From Candidatus Hadarchaeales archaeon (GTDB lineage: Archaea; Hadarchaeota; Hadarchaeia; Hadarchaeales; Hadarchaeaceae), in NCBI GenBank assembly GCA_038823825.1, contig JAWBCC010000001.1, forward strand, positions 330,001 to 362,000: DNA of 32,000 bases, written 5' to 3'. The stretch's first letter is position 1; the number at the start of each line of letters is the position of its first letter. This document shows positions 1 to 9,576 of the stretch, in pieces. The position numbers and the translations under genes are program-made. The notes beneath the pieces were generated by a model that was given only the letters and a program-made list of their open reading frames with translations, searched no databases and was not told the DNA's origin.

Positions 1-1083
<1,083 letters not shown>

Positions 1084-1091
<8 letters not shown>

Positions 1092-2142
1092 CGAGAAGAA
1101 TGTTCACAATTTCTTCCGGCTTGAATTCGATAATGTCATCGTAGCTTTGTCCAGTACCCAGAAAGATGATCGGCTTTCCAGTGACATATGCGACGGAAAG
1201 AGCAGCCCCTCCTCTCGCATCTGCATCCATCTTACAAAGTATCGATCCGCTTATGCCCACTGCTTCATTGAAAGATTTCGCCTGCTCTACTGCATCATTG
1301 CCGGCCAATGCGTCACCAACGAAAATTACAGCATCGGGTTTGCTAATTCTGACTATCTTCTTCATTTCGTCCATCAGATTTACATCAGTTTGCATTCTCC
1401 CCGCCGTGTCTACGAGAACGACGTCGTATCCATTTGCTTTTGCATGCTGTATTGCATCGTAGGCTACTGCCGCAGCATCAGCTCCTCTGCGTTGTTTTAC
1501 TACCGGGATTTGCAGTCTTTGAGCATGAATCTCAATCTGTTCAATCCCTGCGGCTCTAAACGTGTCTGCGGCAGCTAGCACTACCTTAAATCCTCTATCT
1601 TTCAAGAATTTTCCGAGCTTGGCAATCGTAGTGGTTTTTCCGGTGCCGTTTATTCCAACGAAAACTATGACGGCCGGATTTCCAGTTTTCCTCTTTTCCT
1701 TGATCAATTCGAGTAGATCTAGCTTTTCCTTAGGAGTCAACACTTCCAACAAAATTTTTCTAAGAATTTCTGTCACGACTTTTTTTGGATCTTCGTCGGC
1801 CTTGATCTTCTTTTCGGCAAGTTCACTTTTTAATTTCTCGGTAACGTAAGCTACTACCGGGAGAGCGACATCGCTCTCGAGCAGAGAAACCTCAAGGTCC
1901 CATATTATGTCTTCCAGATCTTCTGGTGAGAGTTTGCGAAAGATTATTTTCTTGATTGCTCTTCTTACCGTTCTTTTTGGCTTTTCCGGCGGAGGCGGAA
2001 CAATTTCTCTTTGAATTTGTGGTTTTTTGATTTCTGGTTTTTCTTCTTCTTCGACTTCCTCTACCTCTTCCCTTCCTCTTTTGATTTTCTCGCTTATTTT
2101 TTCCTTAACCTTTTTCAGTTTTTCCTTAAGTTTTCCGAACAT
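1084..2142 (-). CDS. ftsY: Signal recognition particle receptor FtsY
   Basis: 352 aa. A Lys/Glu-rich N-terminal region is followed by an SRP-GTPase NG domain with GINGTGKTTTIAKL (G1), DTAGR (G3), CKMD (G4) and a GTGQ..DDI tail. Confidence 0.95.
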
Positions 2143-2144
2143 CT

Positions 2145-2585
2145 TCAGATTTCCTTCTGTTTTTCTCGCATTAAACGCTCTACTTCGGGCGCGAGTACTC
2201 TAATCTTCTCCTCTACCTTAGCTAAGCTTTCTTGCAAGTTTTGCAATGTTTCATCGATTTCTTTTATGCGATTCTCCAAAATCTGTTGGGCCTCGACCGG
2301 TGTTCTCTCGATCACAACATTGGCACCTATTCCCACCAGCACATGATCGGTAGAATCAAGTCTCGTTTTTACAAACAGACCAGAACCCGCAGGCACTAGA
2401 ACTTGGTCACCTTCTTTCATTTTCTTCATTTCTTGCAGAAAATTAAGCGTCATAGATAGTTCTGAACGTACATTGGTCAATTCCGCTATTTGCTGTTGCA
2501 AGATTCTTGCCATTTCTCGATAACTGCTCAGTTGAGAAAAAGCATCTCTCAATTTTTCCTCCTTTTCCATGATGTCATCCCCCAA
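2145..2585 (-). CDS. pfdA: Prefoldin alpha subunit
   Basis: 146 aa with a coiled-coil / beta-hairpin / coiled-coil layout and a central LVPAGSGLFVKTRL...VLVGIGANVVIERT block. It sits in the conserved position between rplX and ftsY. The start may instead be the second Met (MEKEEKL). Confidence 0.85.
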   Translation of the reverse strand: MGDDIMEKEEKLRDAFSQLSSYREMARILQQQIAELTNVRSELSMTLNFLQEMKKMKEGDQVLVPAGSGLFVKTRLDSTDHVLVGIGANVVIERTPVEAQQILENRIKEIDETLQNLQESLAKVEEKIRVLAPEVERLMREKQKEI

Positions 2586-2805
2586 GCATAAGTTTAATTC
2601 TCTGATCTCTTACTTCTTCCGGAGAAATCTCCTCGATTTTTTCTATTTTGATCATACATCTTTTGACCCCATGTTTGCTTCCGATATCTGAAAGTACTTT
2701 TTCCAGAACTTGACGCTCCGAGAAACCAATGATCTCTTTTCTAAACTTCTGCTTCCATAACCCCTGTTTGAAACTTCCTTCAATCCTGAAGATTCTTTTC
2801 CTCAT
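2575..2805 (-). CDS. rplX: 50S ribosomal protein LX (eL20/L18Ae family)
   Basis: 76 aa. The FRIEGSF...GSKHGVKRCMIKIEKIEEISPEEV pattern is typical of archaeal LX. It sits in the conserved position between eif6 and pfdA. Confidence 0.75.
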   Translation of the reverse strand: MRKRIFRIEGSFKQGLWKQKFRKEIIGFSERQVLEKVLSDIGSKHGVKRCMIKIEKIEEISPEEVRDQRIKLMLGG

Positions 2806-3464
2806 TCCATCAACCCCAGTGAACTTTCTATTCTACCAAGCTCCGGTCCGGTTGTGGTGCTTCCTGTTACCGCTCCTCGAGAATTCGCTATTATACATAT
2901 GCCCAAAAAGCTTACGCCTCCGCAGGCAGTTCCGACGTCGGCGGGAACCTGTAATGTCTTCTCGATGATTTTCATCTCTTCTTCCTTAACTTCAGGATGT
3001 AAAAGAACGCCCTTGTTAGTTGCCACTCCAAGTGAACCCACGTACGGTCTGCCAGCAATCGTGCTCTTAACTACTTTAACTTGAAGCGCTTTTTCAAGAA
3101 GCTTCACGGTTTTATCTGGAAACTCCGGACTGACAATTGCTCCATAATCATTTGCTAAAACAAGATTTCCAAAACTGGTGAGTTTTCCCGGAATGTGGTG
3201 CAATTCTACACCCACTTCTCTTATTTTTTCCTCCTCTTCAAGCTCAAAAAATTCTGAGCAAACTATTGCGTTTGAGTTTCCGGCCAATAAAATTCCCAGA
3301 AGTGGGCTTTTTGAAATTAAAGTGTACACGGCCGGTACACCAAGTATACTGGATTCATCTGGGTGAAGGTGTACATTTTTCGGGAAAAGCACGATTTTAT
3401 CATTACAGAAGGCATATGCACCAATAAAGGGAATCCTATTTATATCCATTCTTCTTACGGGCAT
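2802..3464 (-). CDS. eif6: Translation initiation factor 6 (aIF6)
   Basis: 220 aa. Repeated IGxxxxxN subdomain pattern (PFIGAYAFCND, LLGILLAGNSN, FGNLVLANDYG, VGSLGVATNKG, LGICIIANSRG) characteristic of the pentein fold of eIF6. Confidence 0.9.
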   Translation of the reverse strand: MPVRRMDINRIPFIGAYAFCNDKIVLFPKNVHLHPDESSILGVPAVYTLISKSPLLGILLAGNSNAIVCSEFFELEEEEKIREVGVELHHIPGKLTSFGNLVLANDYGAIVSPEFPDKTVKLLEKALQVKVVKSTIAGRPYVGSLGVATNKGVLLHPEVKEEEMKIIEKTLQVPADVGTACGGVSFLGICIIANSRGAVTGSTTTGPELGRIESSLGLME

Positions 3465-3472
3465 GTAAATAC

Positions 3473-3724
3473 CTACTCTGCCGAGAATACCTTGACAGTT
3501 CCATCATCTTCTTTGACAACCTTGATACGAACTCTGGTTGGTGGCTTTCTGGCTCCTCTTCCCCAGATCATCTCATTCAGCTTAGGGTCTATGAAGATTT
3601 TCTCAGACTTTACATGTTTTTTTACAAAATTTTTCAGAAGAGCCACTGCCCTTTTTGACCTAGCATATCTCGGAGCCTCTCTAGCCTTAGAAAGAGGCAC
3701 AACATATATTCTTTCTTCAGGCAT
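3473..3724 (-). CDS. rpl31e: 50S ribosomal protein L31e
   Basis: 83 aa. RIYVVPLSKA...RSKRAV..LKNFVKKH...IDPKLNEMIWGRGARKPPTRVRIKV matches L31e family blocks. Confidence 0.9.
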   Translation of the reverse strand: MPEERIYVVPLSKAREAPRYARSKRAVALLKNFVKKHVKSEKIFIDPKLNEMIWGRGARKPPTRVRIKVVKEDDGTVKVFSAE

Positions 3725-3734
3725 CCTCTCCTCC

Positions 3735-3890
3735 TCACGGTTTTATTCTCTGTCTTCTCCAGCTCCGCTGTTTAATAGAACCACGAATTTTTCCTCTGGT
3801 TTTTATTATTACCCACATTGGTGCTCGTCTAGTCCTTTTTCCAGCTCTGATGAGTCTCCTTTTCAGTGGTGCGGGCTTATTTTTCGCCAT
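3735..3890 (-). CDS. rpl39e: 50S ribosomal protein L39e
   Basis: Not in the ORF track (51 aa). Minus-strand ATG at 3890-3888 and stop TGA at 3737-3735. The translation MAKNKPAPLKRRLIRAGKRTRRAPMWVIIKTRGKIRGSIKQRSWRRQRIKP shows the typical L39e basic pattern (PxWV..KT......RRxWRR). It is in the expected position next to rpl31e. Confidence 0.85.
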   Translation of the reverse strand: MAKNKPAPLKRRLIRAGKRTRRAPMWVIIKTRGKIRGSIKQRSWRRQRIKP

Positions 3891-3893
3891 TTC

Positions 3894-4229
3894 CTACAAC
3901 CTCCGAATTCTGATTTCTCTCCTTCTTTCTGCTAGTTTGCTAAGGATCGTTCTTAATTGCTCATCCGTTATTGGGGACACGATTTTGCCCGCCTGCGCCA
4001 GCTGAATCAGTTGCAGTTCTAACTGTTCAGCGAATTCCGGATGGGCGGTTTTCAAGTTTGCGAGTCGACTTCTCGCTTCTGGTGTGAGAATTTGCTGCAA
4101 AATCTGTCGCTTCTGAATTTCAAATTGTTTTCTCAATTCTTCTTGCCTTCTCTGTTCTTCCAACCTAGCCTGCATCTCCATCAGCTTTCTTCTCCGCAGT
4201 TCCTCAAGCTCCTCGTCCACCTTCCTCAC
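3894..4229 (-). CDS. DNA-binding protein, PDCD5/TFAR19 family
   Basis: 111 aa. ELEELRRRKLMEMQ...ILQQILTPEARSRLANLK....PEFAEQLE..LIQLAQAGKI..PITDEQL..IL matches the archaeal dsDNA-binding PDCD5-like family, which is conserved in this operon. Confidence 0.8.
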   Translation of the reverse strand: MRKVDEELEELRRRKLMEMQARLEEQRRQEELRKQFEIQKRQILQQILTPEARSRLANLKTAHPEFAEQLELQLIQLAQAGKIVSPITDEQLRTILSKLAERRREIRIRRL

Positions 4230-4656
4230 CCCTTGACAAAATTTCTTCTGCTAGTCTTTCAAGTAGCTCAACGCCAGTTTTGGACGGTTTTCTTCCTTTT
4301 TTATCTACTTTTACAATAAGACCCGCCCGTTCAAGTTGTTGGAGGATGGTTCTTATGATTTTTCCTCCTCCTTTTTTAAATTTCTCCGGACTCTGTCCCC
4401 TTCTTTGTCTTCCCCCATATATCGTTCGAAGCCTAGAAACCCCTATTGGACCTTTTAAATAGATTTTTCTGAGTATCGATGCTGCTCTGATGTACCACCA
4501 GTCCGGTTGCATGGGAGGACGCTCTGCATGTACTCCGGTTTTTACAAAATAACTCCAGTGTGGTGGTTCCAGCTCCTTATACTTTTTAAGCTCTTCTTTT
4601 AGCCTGTCTATCATCACAGACGCCTTTACCTGTTCGACTTTCATACGAGATACCAC
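4204..4656 (-). CDS. rps19e: 30S ribosomal protein S19e
   Basis: 150 aa. PHWSYFVKTGVHAERPP..PDWWYIRAASILRKIYL.GPIGV.RLR..YGG...RG..P..F.KGGG.IIR..LQQLE..GL matches S19e blocks. Confidence 0.9.
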   Translation of the reverse strand: MVSRMKVEQVKASVMIDRLKEELKKYKELEPPHWSYFVKTGVHAERPPMQPDWWYIRAASILRKIYLKGPIGVSRLRTIYGGRQRRGQSPEKFKKGGGKIIRTILQQLERAGLIVKVDKKGRKPSKTGVELLERLAEEILSRGEEGGRGA

Positions 4657-4675
4657 CTTATTTCTTTAGCGTATG

Positions 4676-4990
4676 TTATTTAATCTTCTCTTTTACTTTT
4701 TGCTGTTTAAAGGGTATCCGATACACTCTTCCACATGATAGACAACTCCAAATGATTATGCCCCTTTTTATTCTGACTCTAACGGTTTTTCCGGGAATCC
4801 AAATAGAAAAGCATTTTTTGCAGAATCTTCTCTTTAAAATTTTTGAAAATCTGATGGTGTATCTGGTCTTGATTTTCCATGCCAATTGCACGTATCTTTC
4901 GGCCAGCTGAGGATTGCTCTCATAGATTTCTTCCGCTAAGTCCAGAAGCCTTTCTATTCTTTCTAGAGCAATTTTTTTCCATTTGTTCAT
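4676..4990 (-). CDS. rnp4: Ribonuclease P protein component 4 (Rpp21/Rnp4)
   Basis: 104 aa. An N-terminal helical IALERIERLLDLAEE...A.RYV.LA..I is followed by the Zn-ribbon FCKKC...PG..VRVRI......SCLSCG typical of Rpp21. Confidence 0.85.
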   Translation of the reverse strand: MNKWKKIALERIERLLDLAEEIYESNPQLAERYVQLAWKIKTRYTIRFSKILKRRFCKKCFSIWIPGKTVRVRIKRGIIIWSCLSCGRVYRIPFKQQKVKEKIK

Positions 4991-5664
4991 AAGATTCCCA
5001 TCTTCTGCTCAAAGGCGGTGATCACTCGTGATACAACAGTTGAGGCAGTAAGTGGTTTTTCGTAAATGCTTACAAGTTCCGCGTTAAGCGATTCGATATT
5101 CGTTAAGAAATCTCCATGAGGGAAACCACCCACTATAACGCACACGTCTTCGCTTTTTTCAAAATCTTTGAAAACTTCGGAAATCTTTTTTCTCCTACCT
5201 TTTTCAGTCATCACTATCTTGTGTTCAGAACGAAACTCGTTCAAAAGACTTCTAAGAGAGCCATTCTCAAGGATTAAAAGAGGGTGTTCTGGAGGCACTC
5301 GCCCTGTGAGAAAAAGCTGTTCCATCAAACCCTCGAACCTGTTGTACATCCGGGGAAGATTAACAGTTGGATCTACTGTTATGATTTTGTCTTGTCTTGT
5401 GTGCACATAAACCCTTAACAAGCCTTCCATATTCAGCGGAGAATCCAAAGCGGTTAGAAGGCAGAAATGAACGATGTCTGGCCTCCCTCTTCTCTCATAG
5501 TCTGGTAATTTACGCATTGCCTGATAATGTAAGCTTGAGTTGAGGATGATTTCTGTGGGTTTTCTACCCTTCTTCCTCGCATACCAAGTAATTACTTTAT
5601 GTTTGGCTATTTCTGGTGGAACGGTTTCCAGCTCTGCGTCCGCGATTATCAAGTGAAGCATCAT
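4987..5664 (-). CDS. nep1: Ribosomal RNA small subunit methyltransferase Nep1 (EMG1 family, SPOUT fold)
   Basis: 225 aa. LHLIIADAELETVP...GRPDIVHFCLLTALDSPLN...L.VYVHT and a C-terminal GGFPHG.F motif match the Nep1 family. It has a 4-nt ATGA-type overlap with rnp4. Confidence 0.85.
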   Translation of the reverse strand: MMLHLIIADAELETVPPEIAKHKVITWYARKKGRKPTEIILNSSLHYQAMRKLPDYERRGRPDIVHFCLLTALDSPLNMEGLLRVYVHTRQDKIITVDPTVNLPRMYNRFEGLMEQLFLTGRVPPEHPLLILENGSLRSLLNEFRSEHKIVMTEKGRRKKISEVFKDFEKSEDVCVIVGGFPHGDFLTNIESLNAELVSIYEKPLTASTVVSRVITAFEQKMGIL

Positions 5665-5683
5665 TTTCTATCTTATGTTTTTT

Positions 5684-5692
5684 CATAAATAG
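5684..5692. promoter_or_regulatory. Candidate shared TATA-like element (CATAAATAG) for the divergent nep1 operon and the helicase gene
   Basis: This is the only strongly AT-rich TATA-like block in the 57-nt divergent spacer 5665-5721. It lies about 24 nt from the nep1 ATG (5664) and about 34 nt from the helicase TTG (5722). Those distances fit archaeal TATA-to-TSS spacing with very short or no leaders. No experimental support. Confidence 0.3.
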
Positions 5693-5721
5693 CAGAATTG
5701 CAGAAGATATGATGTGGGAAA

Positions 5722-7353
5722 TTGAGACTAGGCCTTTATGATGATAGTGGAGAGCTACTTCCTCGCGTATATTCTTCTGGCAAAACACAGCTAGACGCAA
5801 TAGAGGAAATTTTAGAGGCATTTGAAAGCTCAGACATAGTTTTCTTCAAGGGCGTTGTAGGTAGCGGAAAATCAGTTGTAGGAATAAGAACTGCGTTGGA
5901 ATTTGGTAAGGGCGTAGTTTCTGTACCAACAAAAGTGCTCTCAGATCAATACGCACGCAGTTATGAGAAGGAAAAGTATTTCGTGAAATTCAACGGTTCA
6001 AGGGCAAAGCTGGGTGTTATGAAGGGAAGAAGAAATTTTCCTTGTCTTTACTTGCAGGATAAAGGCCATGATGGAACCGCTGCGTCGAGGACAATACCGT
6101 GTCGAAGGCCTCTGAAAAAATCTGCCGGCGAGAGACGATTAGATGCTTTAAAGGACTGCCGTCACTGGGGATTTCTATTTCCGAAATCTTACGGAAGTAA
6201 AATAGAAGATGCGGAAAAATTGCCATATATCGGAGTAGGTGGGGAATGGTTACTCTGTTTAAAGGGAGAATGCCCTTACTGGAAACAATTCACGGCTTAT
6301 GTGGATGCTGACGTCACGATAATGAATTCCGCCAAATGGATGGCCGAAGTCATGATTGGTAGGATTCCAAAGGTCCCAATAACTGTGGTTGATGAGGCCG
6401 ATGAATGGTTAGATTCACTCGCTCTGAAAACCGTTATATCAGAAAGGCATGTGGAAAAAATTGCAGATTTTTTACGTGATCAGAAGGAATTTAAAAAAGA
6501 GTTAGAAAGTTTTTGGAACGAGGTTTTGAAAGGCAATACCGATCCGATTGAGTTTGCGATATTTTTCGCGGGGCTTTTGGAGGAGCTCGACGAGACTGGG
6601 GACGAACTTCTTTGGAAATTGAAAGCGGTGGTTGAGCATGAGGAATGGGTTGAGTGCGAGAAAAGGGAAAATTCTCTCCTATTTTTAGTTCCAGATCCAA
6701 GACCAGTTTTTAGAAAAATATTTGAGAAGCTAAAATGCCGGTGGTTGCTTATGAGTGCGACGATACAATCGAGCAGCGTTTTGAGAGAAATCTTCGGAAT
6801 AGAGCCGATCATAGTTGAGGGAGAAACAAAATTTCCAGGTACTCTAATACGAAGAAAATCGGGTCATGAAGTTGTTGTTCGGCACGAAAATTGGACGAAA
6901 GAGGAATTTCGTGAAGCATATTGGAGATGCTTATACAAGATATTCGAACTGGCAGAGAAGCCGGCATTCGTCCCAGTACATGCTTTTAAGTATCTCCCAA
7001 TCGAGCTATTCGAGAAATTGAAAACTTCTTCAGACGATATGGTTGAATTAGAAAACATTTTTCTTTCCTCTAAAATGGACAGAGGAGCCGATCTAAAGGG
7101 CATGAAAAGCATAATACTTTTGAAGTTTCCTTTTCCCGAAGTTGAAGATCCACTCTTAAAAGGAATGAAAAAACGATTGGGAGATAAAGCATTCTGGTTG
7201 TACTATCGTGACATGGCGGACAGGAGCTTCATCCAGCAAATAGGGAGAGTACTTAGGTCACCGCACGACAAAGCAGAGTTCTGGAGTCCAGATCTCATTT
7301 GTCATGAAATGCTCCGAAGAGTCTGGAAAGGCGAAATAATCGAAAAGGGATGA
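5722..7353 (+). CDS. XPD/Rad3/DinG-like superfamily 2 helicase with putative Fe-S domain
   Basis: 543 aa with a TTG start; an in-frame stop at 5710-5712 blocks any upstream extension. Motifs: Walker A GVVGSGKS, Ia VPTKVLSDQY, KGRRNFPC then Cys108/127/146/179/183 ending in ECPYW (XPD-like CPY), DADVTIMNSAKW, box II VVDEADEW, III MSATI, V DRGADLKG...LLKFPFP, VI QQIGRVLRS. Confidence 0.75.
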   Translation: MRLGLYDDSGELLPRVYSSGKTQLDAIEEILEAFESSDIVFFKGVVGSGKSVVGIRTALEFGKGVVSVPTKVLSDQYARSYEKEKYFVKFNGSRAKLGVMKGRRNFPCLYLQDKGHDGTAASRTIPCRRPLKKSAGERRLDALKDCRHWGFLFPKSYGSKIEDAEKLPYIGVGGEWLLCLKGECPYWKQFTAYVDADVTIMNSAKWMAEVMIGRIPKVPITVVDEADEWLDSLALKTVISERHVEKIADFLRDQKEFKKELESFWNEVLKGNTDPIEFAIFFAGLLEELDETGDELLWKLKAVVEHEEWVECEKRENSLLFLVPDPRPVFRKIFEKLKCRWLLMSATIQSSSVLREIFGIEPIIVEGETKFPGTLIRRKSGHEVVVRHENWTKEEFREAYWRCLYKIFELAEKPAFVPVHAFKYLPIELFEKLKTSSDDMVELENIFLSSKMDRGADLKGMKSIILLKFPFPEVEDPLLKGMKKRLGDKAFWLYYRDMADRSFIQQIGRVLRSPHDKAEFWSPDLICHEMLRRVWKGEIIEKG

Positions 7354-7360
7354 CAGCAGA

Positions 7361-7368
7361 TATAAAAA
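7361..7368 (+). promoter_or_regulatory. TATA-like box (TATAAAAA) upstream of the ATPase gene
   Basis: Located in the 45-nt gap between the helicase stop (7353) and the ATPase ATG (7399), and centred about 35 nt from the ATG. It could be an internal promoter giving a very short leader. Confidence 0.3.
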
Positions 7369-7398
7369 GATGAGACTTCCTCTAATTAAGATAAACAT

Positions 7399-9576
7399 AT
7401 GGTTGAGATAAAAATATCTGGACCATTGCGCGTGGCATGTTTTAACGAATTTAAGGATTCCTCTTTAGATGATGCCGAATGCAGAAGGAAGGTAATTGAA
7501 GAATTGCAAAAAGAGGCCGATGTCCACAGAGTCCTTCTCGATGGTCCAATCGTACGAGTGTATCTTTCTGAAAAAATCCACAAAATAGCTAGAGCAATCG
7601 CCATTGCGAAAAGATTAGCGTTGGATGACCTTTCCTATAGCAAGTATGATGAGAAAAAATGTAACGAGTGCATACAAAAGAGAAAAGAGGCTATCCTGAA
7701 GATCTTGGAAGACCTGCCTAAAGAGCCTCTTCTCTTTAAAAAACTTGTGAATCCCGAAAAACGAGCGACGAAGAAAGATAATAAATGCGTTAAGTGCGCC
7801 TCGGTCGCACGAGAAAATTTGTTTTCTGAAATCATTTCTCTTTTCGAAGATTTCACAAGCGGAAAAAGCTACGCTGAAATCTTCTGCGAAAGAAAGAAGC
7901 CATTCTTTGTTGATGGTATATGGAATCCACCGCCAGAAGGTTCTAAACTGGTGGATGAATATGAGCTGAGAAACAAAAGAGGGCTTGTTAGAATTTGGGA
8001 AAGGAAAGACTCACCAGTCCTTTTTTACGAACTGGATCTGCCGGAATTTCACATACCTAAGGAAGAACTAGAACTTTTGTATTCGGCCTTTAATGTTCAA
8101 TTCGACGAACCTCCTCCCCATGCTAAATTTTCTTTTCATGACATTGCACACACATTCACCGAAGAGTGGTATGTTGCTCTGTTACACTCAATTCGGAGCA
8201 GAACCCATGAAATTTCTAGCAGACGGATACATGAACTATCAAAGATTCTTGCGTCGTGGATAACATACAGATTGCTGGAACCGTTCAGTTGTGATGATTA
8301 TCTCACAGACATTTACGTGCATGCTCCGCCAGAACTACAACCTCTAATGGTTGAGCATGAAAAATGGGGAAGACTGGAGACGGGGATTTATTGGGACACA
8401 CCATCTCTTCTTTCGCTCGGTGAGTCAATAGCTTCTCGTTTAGGAACCTCCTTTGACGAAGTCAGGCCACAGTTGGACGCGGAGATTCCCGAACTTGGCA
8501 TGAGAGTCTTCATAAGCAGAGATCCAGCAATATGGCCTAAAAGCGTCGAAATGTCAGTGAGAAAAAGAAGAGTTAAGCCATGGACACAGCCTCTTTTTAT
8601 TTTCCGTGGAACACTGAGTCCACTTGCGAGTGCTTTTCTTTCAAACGCTTTAAGAATCGGATGTAGCGCTTTTGTGATCGGAGAAATGGGTACGGCAAAA
8701 ACTTCACAGATAGAAACCTATATTCCAGAAATAGGTCTGCAGAACAGAATCGTGGTTTTTCAAGATACTCAAGAACTTCATATCGAGGATTTCATAGCGA
8801 ATGGTTATAGGATAAGCGACGTTAGAGCTCAAAATCCTGAACAGCTGGAGAAACAGATAAGAGCATTTTTACGAGGCGGGCAAAGTTATTGGCTAATCAC
8901 CGAAGTTAGATCTTCCGAAGCTGTTCGCTCAGTTCTTGGTGCTGCGGTTAGGCAAGGCTCGCAACCAGTGGTAGCTAGCTTTCATGCTAGAGAAAAAAGA
9001 GAAGCATTTGTCTTAGTAACTCACATAATGGGTCTCCATCCTGAAGCCTTTAAATACATAGATTTGATCATCAGCACTGCAAGATTTTCAACGCGTAGCG
9101 GAAACATCCGCAGGATAATCGAAATCGCAGAAGTTAGAAAAGACTGGAAGGAGAACCCGCTTTACGTCGAAATTTTTGGCGATGATAGACAAAACGACAT
9201 TTTGTTATCAAAGAATCTTTTCAGCGGACCAAAAAATCTCGTTTTTAAATGGAATTCAACAGATTTGTCAAAACTAGATTTGAAATCATCAGCAAGACTT
9301 TTGCGCTTCAAAGCTGCCGAAGAAGGTGGAAGCGATCTAATACCAAAATTATGCAAGAAACAAGGAATGGATCTTGATGAATTTCTTGTTAAAATTTTGG
9401 CTGAAGCCAAATTAAAATCATTTCTGTTGGTCTTATCTCAGAAATCGGGAAAAAATGAATATCTCGAGTTGCCATTTGTGACGAAGGCTTATGGTGTCTA
9501 CTTTTCCCTGCTCAGAAAATTGGAGAATCCAGTGATGGCTCTTGAGGAGTGGAAGAAATGGCTTCAGAAGAAATAA
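7399..9576 (+). CDS. FlaI/VirB11/GspE-family (type II/IV secretion / type IV filament) ATPase with long N- and C-terminal extensions
   Basis: 725 aa. The core spans about aa 290-600: LLEPFSCDDYLTDIYV (N-terminal domain), FRGTLSPLASAFLSNALRIG, Walker A-like GEMGTAKT (8680-8703), Asp-box-like IVVFQDTQEL, Walker B-like YWLITEVRSSEA, His-box ASFHA. The extra N-terminal region of about 290 aa contains C88xxC91...C130xxC133. Confidence 0.8.
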   Translation: MVEIKISGPLRVACFNEFKDSSLDDAECRRKVIEELQKEADVHRVLLDGPIVRVYLSEKIHKIARAIAIAKRLALDDLSYSKYDEKKCNECIQKRKEAILKILEDLPKEPLLFKKLVNPEKRATKKDNKCVKCASVARENLFSEIISLFEDFTSGKSYAEIFCERKKPFFVDGIWNPPPEGSKLVDEYELRNKRGLVRIWERKDSPVLFYELDLPEFHIPKEELELLYSAFNVQFDEPPPHAKFSFHDIAHTFTEEWYVALLHSIRSRTHEISSRRIHELSKILASWITYRLLEPFSCDDYLTDIYVHAPPELQPLMVEHEKWGRLETGIYWDTPSLLSLGESIASRLGTSFDEVRPQLDAEIPELGMRVFISRDPAIWPKSVEMSVRKRRVKPWTQPLFIFRGTLSPLASAFLSNALRIGCSAFVIGEMGTAKTSQIETYIPEIGLQNRIVVFQDTQELHIEDFIANGYRISDVRAQNPEQLEKQIRAFLRGGQSYWLITEVRSSEAVRSVLGAAVRQGSQPVVASFHAREKREAFVLVTHIMGLHPEAFKYIDLIISTARFSTRSGNIRRIIEIAEVRKDWKENPLYVEIFGDDRQNDILLSKNLFSGPKNLVFKWNSTDLSKLDLKSSARLLRFKAAEEGGSDLIPKLCKKQGMDLDEFLVKILAEAKLKSFLLVLSQKSGKNEYLELPFVTKAYGVYFSLLRKLENPVMALEEWKKWLQKK

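Noticed and set aside
3363-3935. 190-aa plus-strand ORF spanning the rpl31e/rpl39e region
   Set aside because: It is antisense to two ribosomal protein genes whose translations match their families closely. It is Ser/Phe-rich with no motifs.
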